This document shows positions 1-9,119 of a stretch of 64,000 bases of DNA, one piece after another. A program made the translations under genes and the position numbers. The stretch lies in assembly GCF_022763525.1 (NCBI RefSeq), contig NZ_JALEGG010000087.1, forward strand, positions 1,691 through 65,690. The letters are read 5' to 3'. A model generated the notes under the pieces. The model saw only the letters and a program-made list of their open reading frames with translations, was not told the origin of the DNA and did not search any database. The stretch's first letter is position 1. Each line of letters begins with the position of its first letter. This DNA is from Acidovorax sp. (GTDB lineage Bacteria > Pseudomonadota > Gammaproteobacteria > Burkholderiales > Burkholderiaceae_C).

Positions 1-39
1 GCTGCCTGCGCCTGATTTGTAGGCGCTGGAGCCCGGAAA

Positions 40-1083
40 TTACAGAATCCGGCCGTACCACGCCACCGACAGCCCTGCCGCCAGCAACGCCAGCGCGGCG
101 CCCAGCAGGGCCAGCAGCGAAGAAATTTCGGTCTCTTTCTTCTCGATCGTGAGCCGGGAGCTCAGCGTCTCATAGACCTTCTTCAAGTCTTCGGCCGTCG
201 CCGCGTGGAAATACTCGGCATTGGTGCGCGCGGCCACGGCCTTGAGGGTCTCCTCGTCCAGCCGCACGCGCATCGACCAGCCCTCGAAGCCAATGGTCTC
301 GCCCTGTACCGTGCCCACCCCCACGGTGTATACGCGCACGCCCCGGTCGGCGGCCCACTTGGCAGCTTCCAGCGGGTCCACGCCGGTCGTCCGCTGCCCG
401 TCGGTCAGCATGATGATAGCGGCCGAGGTGTAGGAGCCCGGCGCCACCGGGGTGAAGGACTTGGCCGGGTCCTGCTTTCCGATCTCTTCGATCGGGCGCG
501 GGCGCATGGCCTGGCGGCCTCCCAGGGCCGCGATGTCGATGCCTGCGTCGGGAAACAGCGTGGCCAGCGACAGCATGATGCCGTTGCCCGTGGCCGTGCC
601 GCGCTGCAGCTGAAAGCTGTCGATGGCCTTGATGAGGTCCTCGCGGCTTTGCGTCGGCAACTGGGCCAGCTGCGCGCTGCCCGCAAAGGCCACGATGCCC
701 ACGCGCACATGGCGCGGCAGTTCGGCGATGAAGGCCTTGGCCGCGTTCTGGGCAGCGGTGATGCGGTCGGGCTCCACGTCGGCGGCGCGCATGCTGCCGG
801 ACACATCCATGGCCAGCATGATGGTCTGATCCTGCGCGGGCAGGGTGATGACGGCCAGTGGGCGCGCCGCGGCCAGCAGCAGCGCCACCAGCGCCAGCAG
901 GAACAGCACCGGCGGGATGTGGCGGCGCAGGCGCTGGCCAGGACCCATGGCCTCGCGCACCAGCGCCAGGCTCGAATAGCTCAGCGCCGCCTTCTTGCGC
1001 CGGTGCAGCAGCCACCAGTACAGCAGCACCAGCAGCGGGGCGATGAGCAGTAGCCAGAGAAAGGTGGGCCAGAGGAAAACCAT
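40..1083 (-). CDS. VWA domain-containing membrane protein (BatA-like)
   Basis: 347-aa ORF with N-terminal TM helices, a MIDAS-type motif DVSGSM and a C-terminal TM. It lies 29 nt downstream of the DUF58 gene on the same strand. Confidence 0.8.
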   Translation of the reverse strand: MVFLWPTFLWLLLIAPLLVLLYWWLLHRRKKAALSYSSLALVREAMGPGQRLRRHIPPVLFLLALVALLLAAARPLAVITLPAQDQTIMLAMDVSGSMRAADVEPDRITAAQNAAKAFIAELPRHVRVGIVAFAGSAQLAQLPTQSREDLIKAIDSFQLQRGTATGNGIMLSLATLFPDAGIDIAALGGRQAMRPRPIEEIGKQDPAKSFTPVAPGSYTSAAIIMLTDGQRTTGVDPLEAAKWAADRGVRVYTVGVGTVQGETIGFEGWSMRVRLDEETLKAVAARTNAEYFHAATAEDLKKVYETLSSRLTIEKKETEISSLLALLGAALALLAAGLSVAWYGRIL

Positions 1084-1112
1084 GGTTCGTGCGTCCCGGG
1101 TGTGTAATCGAT

Positions 1113-2150
1113 TCAGGCCTGGGCGGGCAGGGCCGCGTCTGCCGTGGCTGAGCGCGGCGCGGCACGCGGCATTCGCACGTGCCGTTGGCGCAGGTCCATG
1201 TAGCGCAGCAGGGCGTCGACCAGATCGTCATCGGTGCTCAGCTCCAGCGTGTCGGCTCCGGCACGCGCGAGCGAAGTGCGCAGCGCGCCCTCGCGTTCGG
1301 CGGCCAGGCGCGCGAAGCGGCGGCGGAATCCCGCATCGTGCGTGTCCACCTGCAGCTGCTCGCCGCTCTCGGCATCGCGCAGCAGCAGCAGGCCCACGTC
1401 AGGCAACTCCATCTCCAGCGGGTCCACCAGCCGCACGGCCACCACGTCGTGGCGCTGCGCCAGCTGGGCCAGGGGCTTTTCCCAGCCGGGAGCGCTGATG
1501 AAGTCGGACACAACGAACACCGCACTGCGGCGGCGCACGTTGGCCAAACCGGCCTGCAGCAGCCGGTGCAGTTCGGTCGCTGCGCCCTGCTGCGCACGGG
1601 GCGATGCGGGGGCAGGCGCGGCGGGTTCCAGCAGGCGATGCAAGAGGTGCAGCACGTGAGCACGGCTGCTGCGCGGGGGCAGCACGGCATCCACCCCGCG
1701 CCCGGCCTGGCTGCTGGCGCCGCCATACAGCAGCGCTCCCACGCGGTTGCCGTGCCGCGTCAGCAGGCGCGAGAGCACGGCCACGAACCCCGTGAGGATG
1801 TCGCGCTTGGCATGGCCCGGGGGGCCGAAGCTGATCGAGGGGCTCAGGTCCAGCAGAAACCACGCCGTCATCTCGCGGTCTTCGGTGAACACGCGCACGT
1901 GGGGCGTGCTCAGCCGCGCGGTGACGTTCCAGTCGATGTGGCGCACGTCATCGTGTGGCTGGTACTCCCGCAGGTCGGCCAGGTCGAGCCCGGTGCCGCG
2001 CAGGAGCGTGCGGTAGTCGCCCTGCAGCAGGCCGTCCAGGCGCCGGATGACCTTCCACTCCAGCTCGCGCAGCAGCCGGTCGGCCTGCGCGGGCTGGGCC
2101 GGAAGTGCCTGGGCCAGGGCGACGGGGGAGGGCTGGGGAGTGTTGCGCAT
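1113..2150 (-). CDS. DUF58 domain-containing protein
   Basis: Start moved to the internal ATG at 2150 (MRNTPQPSP...) of the 475-aa track ORF. Typical DUF58 region ...LREYQPHDDVRHIDWNVTARLSTPHVRVF.... It begins 26 nt after the moxR stop. Confidence 0.8.
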   Translation of the reverse strand: MRNTPQPSPVALAQALPAQPAQADRLLRELEWKVIRRLDGLLQGDYRTLLRGTGLDLADLREYQPHDDVRHIDWNVTARLSTPHVRVFTEDREMTAWFLLDLSPSISFGPPGHAKRDILTGFVAVLSRLLTRHGNRVGALLYGGASSQAGRGVDAVLPPRSSRAHVLHLLHRLLEPAAPAPASPRAQQGAATELHRLLQAGLANVRRRSAVFVVSDFISAPGWEKPLAQLAQRHDVVAVRLVDPLEMELPDVGLLLLRDAESGEQLQVDTHDAGFRRRFARLAAEREGALRTSLARAGADTLELSTDDDLVDALLRYMDLRQRHVRMPRAAPRSATADAALPAQA

Positions 2151-2176
2151 GGCAGGCCTCAGGCAACGCGGGCGGG

Positions 2177-3202
2177 TCAGGCGGCTTTTTGCCGTTCGTG
2201 GTGCAACGGCCGAGCAGGTGCGGGGATCTTGGCCATGATGCGCTGGATCAGCGCGTCGGCGTCCAGACCGTCGGAGAGCGCCTCGTACGACAGGCTGATG
2301 CGGTGGCGCAGCACATCGGCTGCCAGGTCGGTCATGTCCTCCGGCAGAACATAGTTGCGTCCGCGCAGCATGGCCAGAGCCTGTGCGCCTTCGGCCAGGG
2401 CGATGGTGGCGCGGGGGCTGGCCCCGCAGCTGATGAAGGCGGCCAAGTCCTTGAGGCCATGCCGTGCGGGTTCCCGGGTGGCCGCCACCAGCTTCACCGC
2501 GTATTGCAGCATCGAGGGGTCGACATACACCGTGCGGCACTCGGTCTGCAATGCTGCCAGCTGGCTGGTGGTCGCCACGGGCAGCACCTGCACGGGCAGG
2601 TCGAGCGCGCGCTGGGCGATCACGAACTCTTCCTCCTCGGTGGGGTAGGAGAGCAGCACTTTCATCATGAAGCGGTCCACTTGCGCCTCGGGCAGCGCGT
2701 AGGTGCCTTCGGTTTCGATGGGGTTCTGTGTGGCCATCACGAGGAACGGCTCGGGCACCCGGTGCGTTTCGCCCGCAATGGTCACCTGGCGCTCCTGCAT
2801 CACCTCCAGCAGGGCGCTTTGCACCTTCGCGGGGGCGCGGTTGATCTCGTCGGCCAGCAGCAGATGCGTGAACACGGGGCCCAGTGCCGTGCTGAACTCG
2901 CCCGTTTTCTGGTTGTACATGCGTGTACCCACCAGGTCGGCTGGCACCAGGTCGGGCGTGAACTGGATGCGCTTGAAGCTGCCCTGGATCGTGCTGGCCA
3001 GGGTCTTCACCGTGAGCGTCTTGGCCAGGCCTGGAACCCCTTCCACCAGCAGGTGGCCCTGGGCGAGCATGGCCACCATGACACGTTCCAGGAATCGGTC
3101 TTGCCCGACCACCACGCGTTTGACTTCAAAAAGCACCTGTTCCATCAAGGTGGCGGTGTTGGTGGTGGTTTCCATGGGTGTCCTTCCTTGTGTCTGATCC
3201 AC
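2177..3202 (-). CDS. MoxR-family AAA+ ATPase
   Basis: 341-aa ORF with Walker A GVPGLAKT and a MoxR-type core ...LLADEINRAPAKVQSALLEVMQERQVT.... Confidence 0.9.
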   Translation of the reverse strand: MDQTQGRTPMETTTNTATLMEQVLFEVKRVVVGQDRFLERVMVAMLAQGHLLVEGVPGLAKTLTVKTLASTIQGSFKRIQFTPDLVPADLVGTRMYNQKTGEFSTALGPVFTHLLLADEINRAPAKVQSALLEVMQERQVTIAGETHRVPEPFLVMATQNPIETEGTYALPEAQVDRFMMKVLLSYPTEEEEFVIAQRALDLPVQVLPVATTSQLAALQTECRTVYVDPSMLQYAVKLVAATREPARHGLKDLAAFISCGASPRATIALAEGAQALAMLRGRNYVLPEDMTDLAADVLRHRISLSYEALSDGLDADALIQRIMAKIPAPARPLHHERQKAA

Positions 3203-3218
3203 GATGCGCGGCCGCCCG

Positions 3219-4223
3219 CTAGAACGGCGGCATGCCCACGGCCGAGGCCGCGTTTTCGATGGGCACGGCGAACCCGATACCGATGAACGTCCGCGCCGGG
3301 GTGGGGTTGAGGATGGCGGTCACGATGCCCACGACCTCACCATCGAGCGTGACCAGCGGGCCGCCGGAGTTGCCCGGATTGGCCGCTGCGTCGAACTGGA
3401 TCAGGTTGCTGAGCTGGCGTTTGCCCTCGGGCGAAGTGAACTCGCGCTGGAGGCCGGAGATCACGCCTGCAGACGCCGATGGCCCGATGCCGAACGGAAA
3501 GCCTACCGCCACCACGTGGTCGCCCGGGCGCAGGTCCTGCGTGGAGCGCAGGGGCGCGGCAAACAGATCGTCGGGCACCTTGTGCGCCTGCAGTACGGCC
3601 AGGTCGTTTTCGGGCTGCGCGCCCGTGATGCTGGCCGTGGTCTCCAGGCCGTCGTGGAAGGTGATGGCAATGCGGTCCGAGCCCGCCACCACATGCAGGT
3701 TGGTCAGGATGATGCCCTTGTCGACAATCACCACACCGGTGCCGATGCCGCGCTCGACTTCTTCCTTGCCGTTCTTGCTGCGGCCGTAGCCCACGACCCG
3801 CACGATCGAAGGCGAAATGGCTTCCACAGCCCGCGCGGCGGCGGATGGTGGCGTGGTGGTCTCCAGGGTGCGCAACACCGCGGCATCGATGTCCTCCTGC
3901 GTGATCCGGTGCGGGGCCGGGCGCTGGTGCAGCCAGAGGCTGGCGATGAGCAGGGCAGCGAGCAGTGCTGTGGTGGCCCACAGCCCGCGCAACTGCCGCC
4001 GCGACGGGTGGGGGCCTGGGGCGGGCCCGGCGGCCGGGGCTTCCTGCGCTTCGGAGACCGGCGGCGCGGGGGGGGGCTCGGGCGGGGCCACGCTCGGCGC
4101 GGAGCGGGGGGCGCGGCGGGATTGGATGTAGAGGGCGGGCCGGGGCATCCTGTCACCTTGACGATGAGCACGCCGCAGGGGCGCGAGCGGATTCACGTTA
4201 GCACGGATCGCCCGCCACTGCAC
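3219..4223 (-). CDS. Trypsin-like (S1C, HtrA-like, no PDZ) serine protease, membrane-anchored
   Basis: Catalytic triad contexts TNLHVV, ENDLAVL and GNSGGPLV. Pro-rich N-terminus followed by one TM. It ends 16 nt upstream of moxR. An alternative start is the ATG at 4148 (MPRPALY). Confidence 0.75.
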   Translation of the reverse strand: MQWRAIRANVNPLAPLRRAHRQGDRMPRPALYIQSRRAPRSAPSVAPPEPPPAPPVSEAQEAPAAGPAPGPHPSRRQLRGLWATTALLAALLIASLWLHQRPAPHRITQEDIDAAVLRTLETTTPPSAAARAVEAISPSIVRVVGYGRSKNGKEEVERGIGTGVVIVDKGIILTNLHVVAGSDRIAITFHDGLETTASITGAQPENDLAVLQAHKVPDDLFAAPLRSTQDLRPGDHVVAVGFPFGIGPSASAGVISGLQREFTSPEGKRQLSNLIQFDAAANPGNSGGPLVTLDGEVVGIVTAILNPTPARTFIGIGFAVPIENAASAVGMPPF

Positions 4224-4331
4224 ATCCGAGGTCTCATCAAGGTGTTGCTGAATGCATGTATTGCGGAACCCGTAGGGGTGGGCTGCCTACGCCTCTGCGG
4301 TCGGTGGCAGCGTGGCCTCGGCTGGTCCGCC

Positions 4332-4390
4332 GTTGCTTTTTCCAGCCAATAGCTGGGCGATTGACTTCGAAAAGGCGCTTGGCGGCCTAT
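4332..4390 (+). repeat. Short AT-rich interspersed repeat (ad hoc name SAR), intergenic copy
   Basis: gTTGCTttttccagccAATAGCTGggcgattgacttcgaaaagGCGCTtgGCGGCCtat. Same ordered blocks as the copies at 59932 and 40556. Lies between the protease and tatD starts. Confidence 0.6.
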
Positions 4391-4462
4391 CCCGACCCGC
4401 ACTACCACGGACTCGCGAGGGCTATGCACGCCATCCCCATGCTGCTGGGGCATCATGGCGCC

Positions 4463-5290
4463 ATGCACGCCTGGATCGATACCCATTGCCACCTGGACGC
4501 CCCGGAGTTCGACCCCGACCGCGACCGGGTGCGCAGCGACGCCCGGGATCGGGGCGTGATCCACTGCGTGATCCCTGCGGTGGCCCGCAGCAACTGGGCT
4601 ACCGTGCGGGACTTGGCGCACCGCCACGGCGACAGCTACGCGCTGGGCATCCATCCGTTGTGCACCCCCGACGCCCACGACGACGACCTGGATTGGCTGG
4701 CCCGCGAACTCGACGCTCACCGCAACGATCCGCGCCTGGTCGCCGTTGGCGAGATCGGTCTGGACTATTTCGTGCCGGGCCTGGACCCTGCGCGGCAGGA
4801 GCGTTTTTACCGCGGGCAGCTGCAGTTGGCCCGCCGTTTCGACCTCCCCGTGTTGCTGCACGTGCGGCGTTCTGCCGACAAGCTGCTCAAGGCCCTGCGC
4901 GAGTTGCCCGTGCAAGGCGGCATTGCGCACGCCTTCAATGGCAGCCTGCAGCAGGCGCAGGCGTTCATCGGCCTGGGATTCAAGCTCGGCTTTGGCGGCG
5001 CCATGACCTATGACCGCGCGCTGCAGCTGCGCCGCTTGGCCGCCGAGCTGCCGCAGGAGGCGCTGGTGGTCGAAACCGATGCGCCCGATATCCCGCCCCA
5101 CTGGCTGTACACCACGGCCGCCCAACGGGCCGCGGGCCAGCCGCAGGGCCGCAACACGCCGGGGGAGCTCGCGCGCATCGCACCCCTCCTGGCGCAATTG
5201 CGCGGCCAGCCCGAGGACGCGCTGGCCAGCAGCACCTGTGCCAACGCGCTGGCGGCGCTGCCCCGGTTGCGGTCCCTCGTTCGCGCTTGA
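4463..5290 (+). CDS. TatD-family metal-dependent hydrolase/DNase
   Basis: MHAWIDTHCHLD... N-terminus plus GEIGLDY and HAFNGS motifs. The start is uncertain; in-frame ATGs also occur at 4424 and 4439. Confidence 0.8.
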   Translation: MHAWIDTHCHLDAPEFDPDRDRVRSDARDRGVIHCVIPAVARSNWATVRDLAHRHGDSYALGIHPLCTPDAHDDDLDWLARELDAHRNDPRLVAVGEIGLDYFVPGLDPARQERFYRGQLQLARRFDLPVLLHVRRSADKLLKALRELPVQGGIAHAFNGSLQQAQAFIGLGFKLGFGGAMTYDRALQLRRLAAELPQEALVVETDAPDIPPHWLYTTAAQRAAGQPQGRNTPGELARIAPLLAQLRGQPEDALASSTCANALAALPRLRSLVRA

Positions 5291-5292
5291 AT

Positions 5293-5356
5293 GGCCGACA
5301 TTTTGATGAGCCACCGCTGAGTGGCAAACGGTTGGCCGCTATCGTTTTTTTGCAAA
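5293..5356 (-). repeat. SAR repeat, degenerate intergenic copy
   Basis: The reverse complement reads tTTGCaaaaaaacGATAGCGgccaaccgtttgccactcAGCGGtGGCtcatcaaaatg. Block order is retained but several blocks are eroded. Confidence 0.4.
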
Positions 5357-5396
5357 TGGTGAGGGAGTCCGGAAAGTTTGGGGTCAGAATGGGTGG

Positions 5397-6047
5397 ATGC
5401 CCGAAGTCCTCACCATGCCCCCCTCGCCGCACGCCGGTGATCAGCCGCCGGCATCGCCCGCGCGCCTGGCAGGGTTGCCGCCGGTGGTGTCGGCGGACTC
5501 GGTGGTATTGATCCTCGGGAGCTTTCCGGGGGCGGCTTCCTTGAGGCTTCGCCAGTACTATGCGCACCCACAAAACCATTTCTGGAAAATTTTGCAGGCA
5601 CTGTGGCCGCAGCATCCCTTGCCACCCGCTGGAACCGACGGGTACGCCGCGCGGTGCGACTGGCTGCTGGCACGGCGGCTGGGCCTGTGGGATGTGTACG
5701 AGAGCTGCGAGCGGGAAGGCAGCCTGGACACCAGCATCCGCCATCCGCAAGTGAACGATTTTGCGCGCCTGCGTCAGGCGTGCCCCCGGCTCGCCGCCGT
5801 TGCGCACAATGGCGGCGAAAGCTTCAAGCATGCGCGCGCGGTGCTCGCCAGTTTTGGCCAGCCCCGCCCGACGGTGGGCGGCGGCGTGCCCGCCCGCCCC
5901 GGGCGGAAGCAGGGTGCTGGTGCGGATCTCGCCAGCCCCGTCGCGTCGCACCGCCTTCCCTCCACCAGCCCCGCCAATGCGTCCTGGAGCTTTGAGCGTA
6001 AATTGGCCGCCTGGACGGCACTCATGTCCACCCATGGCCTGCTTTGA
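5397..6047 (+). CDS. UDG-superfamily DNA glycosylase (hypoxanthine/deoxyinosine DNA glycosylase-like)
   Basis: 216-aa ORF with ...LILGSFPGAASLRLRQYYAHPQNHFWKIL... and ...LPSTSPANA..., as in family-6 UDG/HDG proteins. An alternative start is at 5415. Confidence 0.6.
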   Translation: MPEVLTMPPSPHAGDQPPASPARLAGLPPVVSADSVVLILGSFPGAASLRLRQYYAHPQNHFWKILQALWPQHPLPPAGTDGYAARCDWLLARRLGLWDVYESCEREGSLDTSIRHPQVNDFARLRQACPRLAAVAHNGGESFKHARAVLASFGQPRPTVGGGVPARPGRKQGAGADLASPVASHRLPSTSPANASWSFERKLAAWTALMSTHGLL

Positions 6048-6056
6048 CTGCCTTGA

Positions 6057-6821
6057 ATGACCCGCAAGAAAGATAAACCGAAAGAACTGCCCGAAGTCAG
6101 CGTGTCCGACGACGGAGATGTGCGCCACCTGCACTTGGGCACCCCCTGGATCCAGGGCTCGATGCGCATTGCCGAGCCCTTTGCGCTGGAGCTGGAGTAC
6201 GTTCAGCGCATGATGGCCTGGCTGTTGTTTGCCGACCTGGCTCAGGTTTCCAAAGGCCACGCGATGCAGCTGGGCCTGGGCGCAGGCGCCATCACCAAGT
6301 TCTGCCACAAGAAGCTGCGCATCTGCACCACGGCCATTGAGCTCAACCCGCAGGTGCTGGCCGTGTGCCGGCACTGGTTCAAGCTGCCGCCGGATGGTCC
6401 CAAGCTGCGCGTGGTGCTGGCGGATGCCGCGCAAGAGATCAGAAACCCCATGTGGCTGGGCACGGTGGATGCGCTGGCGGTGGACCTGTATGACCATGAA
6501 GCCGCCGCGCCCGTGCTGGACAGCCCCGAGTTCTACGCCGACTGCCGCGCGTTGCTCACCGAAACCGGCAGCATGACCGTGAACCTTTTCGGGCGTGCGT
6601 CGAGCTTCGACCGCAGCCTGCAAAGCATGGCAGCGGCGTTTGGCGAAGATGCGCTGTGGGCCTTCAAGCCCACGCGCGAGGGCAACACCGTGGTGCTGGC
6701 GCAAAGGACTCCCACCCGCCCCAAGCGCGCCGAACTGGCCGAACGCGCCCAGGCGATCCAGGAGCGCTGGGAGCTGCCCACCGCCAAGGGGTTGCGGGCG
6801 TTCAAGCCCGTGGTGGCCTAG
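6057..6821 (+). CDS. Spermidine synthase-like class I methyltransferase
   Basis: 254-aa ORF with SAM-binding-like LGLGAGA and ...AIELNPQVLAVCRHWFKLP...DLYD. The TAG stop is part of the CTAG that flanks the downstream MITE-like element. Confidence 0.6.
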   Translation: MTRKKDKPKELPEVSVSDDGDVRHLHLGTPWIQGSMRIAEPFALELEYVQRMMAWLLFADLAQVSKGHAMQLGLGAGAITKFCHKKLRICTTAIELNPQVLAVCRHWFKLPPDGPKLRVVLADAAQEIRNPMWLGTVDALAVDLYDHEAAAPVLDSPEFYADCRALLTETGSMTVNLFGRASSFDRSLQSMAAAFGEDALWAFKPTREGNTVVLAQRTPTRPKRAELAERAQAIQERWELPTAKGLRAFKPVVA

Positions 6822-7085
6822 GGCCTGTTCACATTATTTTTGCCAGATGCGTTGCGTTGCCAAGGGCCATGCGCGAGGCGCCAAACCAATCTGGGGTGGG
6901 GCCCCAGCGCGGGGTTGCCACGCCGCGGATGGGCCGTGGGCATCGCCACCCGAAGGGAAGGCTTCCCGCGCCACGCCACTCGTCGTTGCGTTCCTAGCCA
7001 AGGCCCCCGGCCTTGGCGTCGTCACGCGCCTAGATTGGCGTGGCGGGAGAGGCCTTCGCAATGGCAAAAATAGTGTGAACAGGCC
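6822..7085. mobile_element. MITE-like element X (264 bp) with 24-bp terminal inverted repeats
   Basis: The left end is ggcctgttcacattatttttgcca. The right end tggcaaaaatagtgtgaacaggcc is its reverse complement with one mismatch. The interior is an imperfect long palindrome. CTAG flanks both sides (6818-6821 and 7086-7089). No transposase gene. Confidence 0.7.
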
Positions 7086-7089
7086 CTAG

Positions 7090-7247
7090 TGTCCTGTCCC
7101 GCAAATAAATGCCAATAAAACCGCGTCTTTCACGCCAGGGCTGCGTTGCAAATCCTCGCGATAGCACTGACTCTCGCTGCGGTTTGCGCCTTGCCCTGGC
7201 GCGAAATCCATCGGTTTTATTTCGTCATCTATTTACGGGACAGGACA
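7090..7247. mobile_element. MITE-like element Y (158 bp) with ~38-bp imperfect terminal inverted repeats
   Basis: The left end is tgtcctgtcccgcaaataaatgccaataaaaccg. The right end is cggttttatttcgtcatctatttacgggacaggaca. CTAG flanks both sides (7086-7089 and 7248-7251). The interior is also palindromic (cgccagggc...gccctggcg). Confidence 0.7.
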
Positions 7248-7312
7248 CTAGCATTCAACTCCGGTGATCAGCGCCCGCGCTGCCCACCACGGTCTCATAT
7301 GAAAGGCAGTTG

Positions 7313-9106
7313 ATGAAAACTTCCCTGGCTTCCCCACAAGGCAGTACGGCGCGGCCTTTTGCCGGCCCGCTGGATTGGCGGCGCGTGGTGCAGTGGCTCA
7401 GCGATGACGAGGTCATCTCCCAAGAGGAGGCGCAGCGCACCATCGCCCGCTGTTCGCAGGCCGAAAGCTCGCAGCACGCCCTGGTGCGTCTGGCCAACGT
7501 GGCCATGACGCGCGCCAGCGACGGCAAGCCGCTCGATATCGAAGCGCTGTCCGAGTACCTTGCCAAGCGCGCGGGCCTGCCTTACCTGCGCATCGATCCG
7601 CTCAAGGTGGACGTGGGGCGCGTGGCCGACACCATGAGCGCGACCTATGCGGAGCGCCACAAGGTGCTTCCCGTGCAGGTCACGCCCAAGGAAGTGGTGG
7701 TGGCCACCGCCGAGCCATTCATCGAGGACTGGGTGGCCGAGGTGGAGCGGCAGTCCCGCCGCACGGTGCGCCGGGTGGTCGCCAACCCGGCGGACATTCA
7801 TCGGTTCACCGCCGAATTCTTCGCCTTGGCCAAATCGGTGCGTGCCGCCCAGAAGGCGGGCGGCAACTCCGGCGGCAGCAGCTTCGAGCAGCTGGTCGAG
7901 CTGGGCAAGAGCAACAAGCAGCTTGATGCCAACGACCAGGGCGTGGTCAAGGTGGTCGACTGGCTCTGGCAATACGCCTTTGACCAGCGCGCGAGCGACA
8001 TCCACCTGGAGCCGCGGCGTGACCAGGGCGTCATCCGTTTTCGCATCGACGGCGTGCTGCACCCGGTCTACCAGATGCCCATGGGCGTGCACAACGCCAT
8101 GGTCTCGCGCATCAAGCTGCTGGGCCGCATCGACGTGGTGGAAAAGCGCCGCCCGCAGGACGGCCGGATCAAGACACGAAACCAGCGCGGCGATGAGGTG
8201 GAAATGCGTCTGTCCACGCTGCCGACGGCCTTTGGCGAAAAGATGGTCATGCGGATCTTCGATCCGGACAACGCCGTTAAGGACCTGGATGCGCTGGGCT
8301 TTTCGCAGCACGACGCCGAGCGCTGGGAGGCGCTGGTCAAGCGGCCGCACGGCATCGTGCTGGTGACGGGCCCCACGGGCTCCGGCAAGACCACCACCTT
8401 GTACTCCACCTTGAAGCGCGTGGCCACCGAAGAGGTTAACGTGAGCACCGTGGAGGACCCGATCGAAATGATCGAGCCCAGCTTCAACCAGACGCAGGTG
8501 CAGCCCCAGTTGGATTTCAACTTTGCCGAAGGCCTGCGCGCACTGATGCGCCAGGACCCGGACATCATCATGGTGGGGGAAATCCGCGACTTGGAAACCG
8601 CCGAGATGGCCATCCAGGCAGCGCTCACAGGGCACCTGGTGTTCTCCACGCTGCACACCAACGATGCGCCCTCGGCCATCACCCGCATGATGGAACTGGG
8701 CGTGCCCCCCTATCTGCTCAACGCCACCTTGCTCGGCGTGCTGGCGCAGCGCCTGGTGCGCACGCTGTGCAAGCAGTGCAAGCAAAAAGACGACGGGGGC
8801 GACCGCGAGACGCTGATGGCGGCTGTCAAGCCGTGGAAGCTCAGCGGGGGCTACCACCCCTACAAGCCCGTGGGCTGCGTCGATTGCCGCATGAGCGGGT
8901 TCCGGGGCCGCATGGGCCTGTACGAACTGCTCACGGTCACCGAGCCCCTCAAGGAAAAGATCAACCAGTCTCCCTCTATCGACATGCTGCGCCGCCAAGC
9001 GGTGCAGGACGGCATGCGCCCGCTGCGGCTGGCGGGGGCGCTGCGTGTGGCGGAGGGTGTGACCACGCTGGACGAAGTCATTACCGCAACGCCACCGCTC
9101 GAATAG
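7313..9106 (+). CDS. GspE/PilB-family secretion ATPase (type II secretion / type IV pilus assembly ATPase family), orphan
   Basis: T2SSE_N-like N-terminal domain, Walker A GPTGSGKTT, Walker B DPDIIMVGEIRD and His box TGHLVFSTLHTND. C-terminal tetracysteine CKQC...CVDC. ATG at 7313 follows a TTG at 7310; GAAAGG lies upstream. Confidence 0.85.
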   Translation: MKTSLASPQGSTARPFAGPLDWRRVVQWLSDDEVISQEEAQRTIARCSQAESSQHALVRLANVAMTRASDGKPLDIEALSEYLAKRAGLPYLRIDPLKVDVGRVADTMSATYAERHKVLPVQVTPKEVVVATAEPFIEDWVAEVERQSRRTVRRVVANPADIHRFTAEFFALAKSVRAAQKAGGNSGGSSFEQLVELGKSNKQLDANDQGVVKVVDWLWQYAFDQRASDIHLEPRRDQGVIRFRIDGVLHPVYQMPMGVHNAMVSRIKLLGRIDVVEKRRPQDGRIKTRNQRGDEVEMRLSTLPTAFGEKMVMRIFDPDNAVKDLDALGFSQHDAERWEALVKRPHGIVLVTGPTGSGKTTTLYSTLKRVATEEVNVSTVEDPIEMIEPSFNQTQVQPQLDFNFAEGLRALMRQDPDIIMVGEIRDLETAEMAIQAALTGHLVFSTLHTNDAPSAITRMMELGVPPYLLNATLLGVLAQRLVRTLCKQCKQKDDGGDRETLMAAVKPWKLSGGYHPYKPVGCVDCRMSGFRGRMGLYELLTVTEPLKEKINQSPSIDMLRRQAVQDGMRPLRLAGALRVAEGVTTLDEVITATPPLE

Positions 9107-9119
9107 CGTTCTTGCAAGG

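Noticed and set aside
6834-7073. Mirror-image 77-aa ORFs on both strands inside MITE-like element X
   Set aside because: They arise from the palindromic structure of the element, are nearly symmetrical in coordinates, and have no start context or coding signature.
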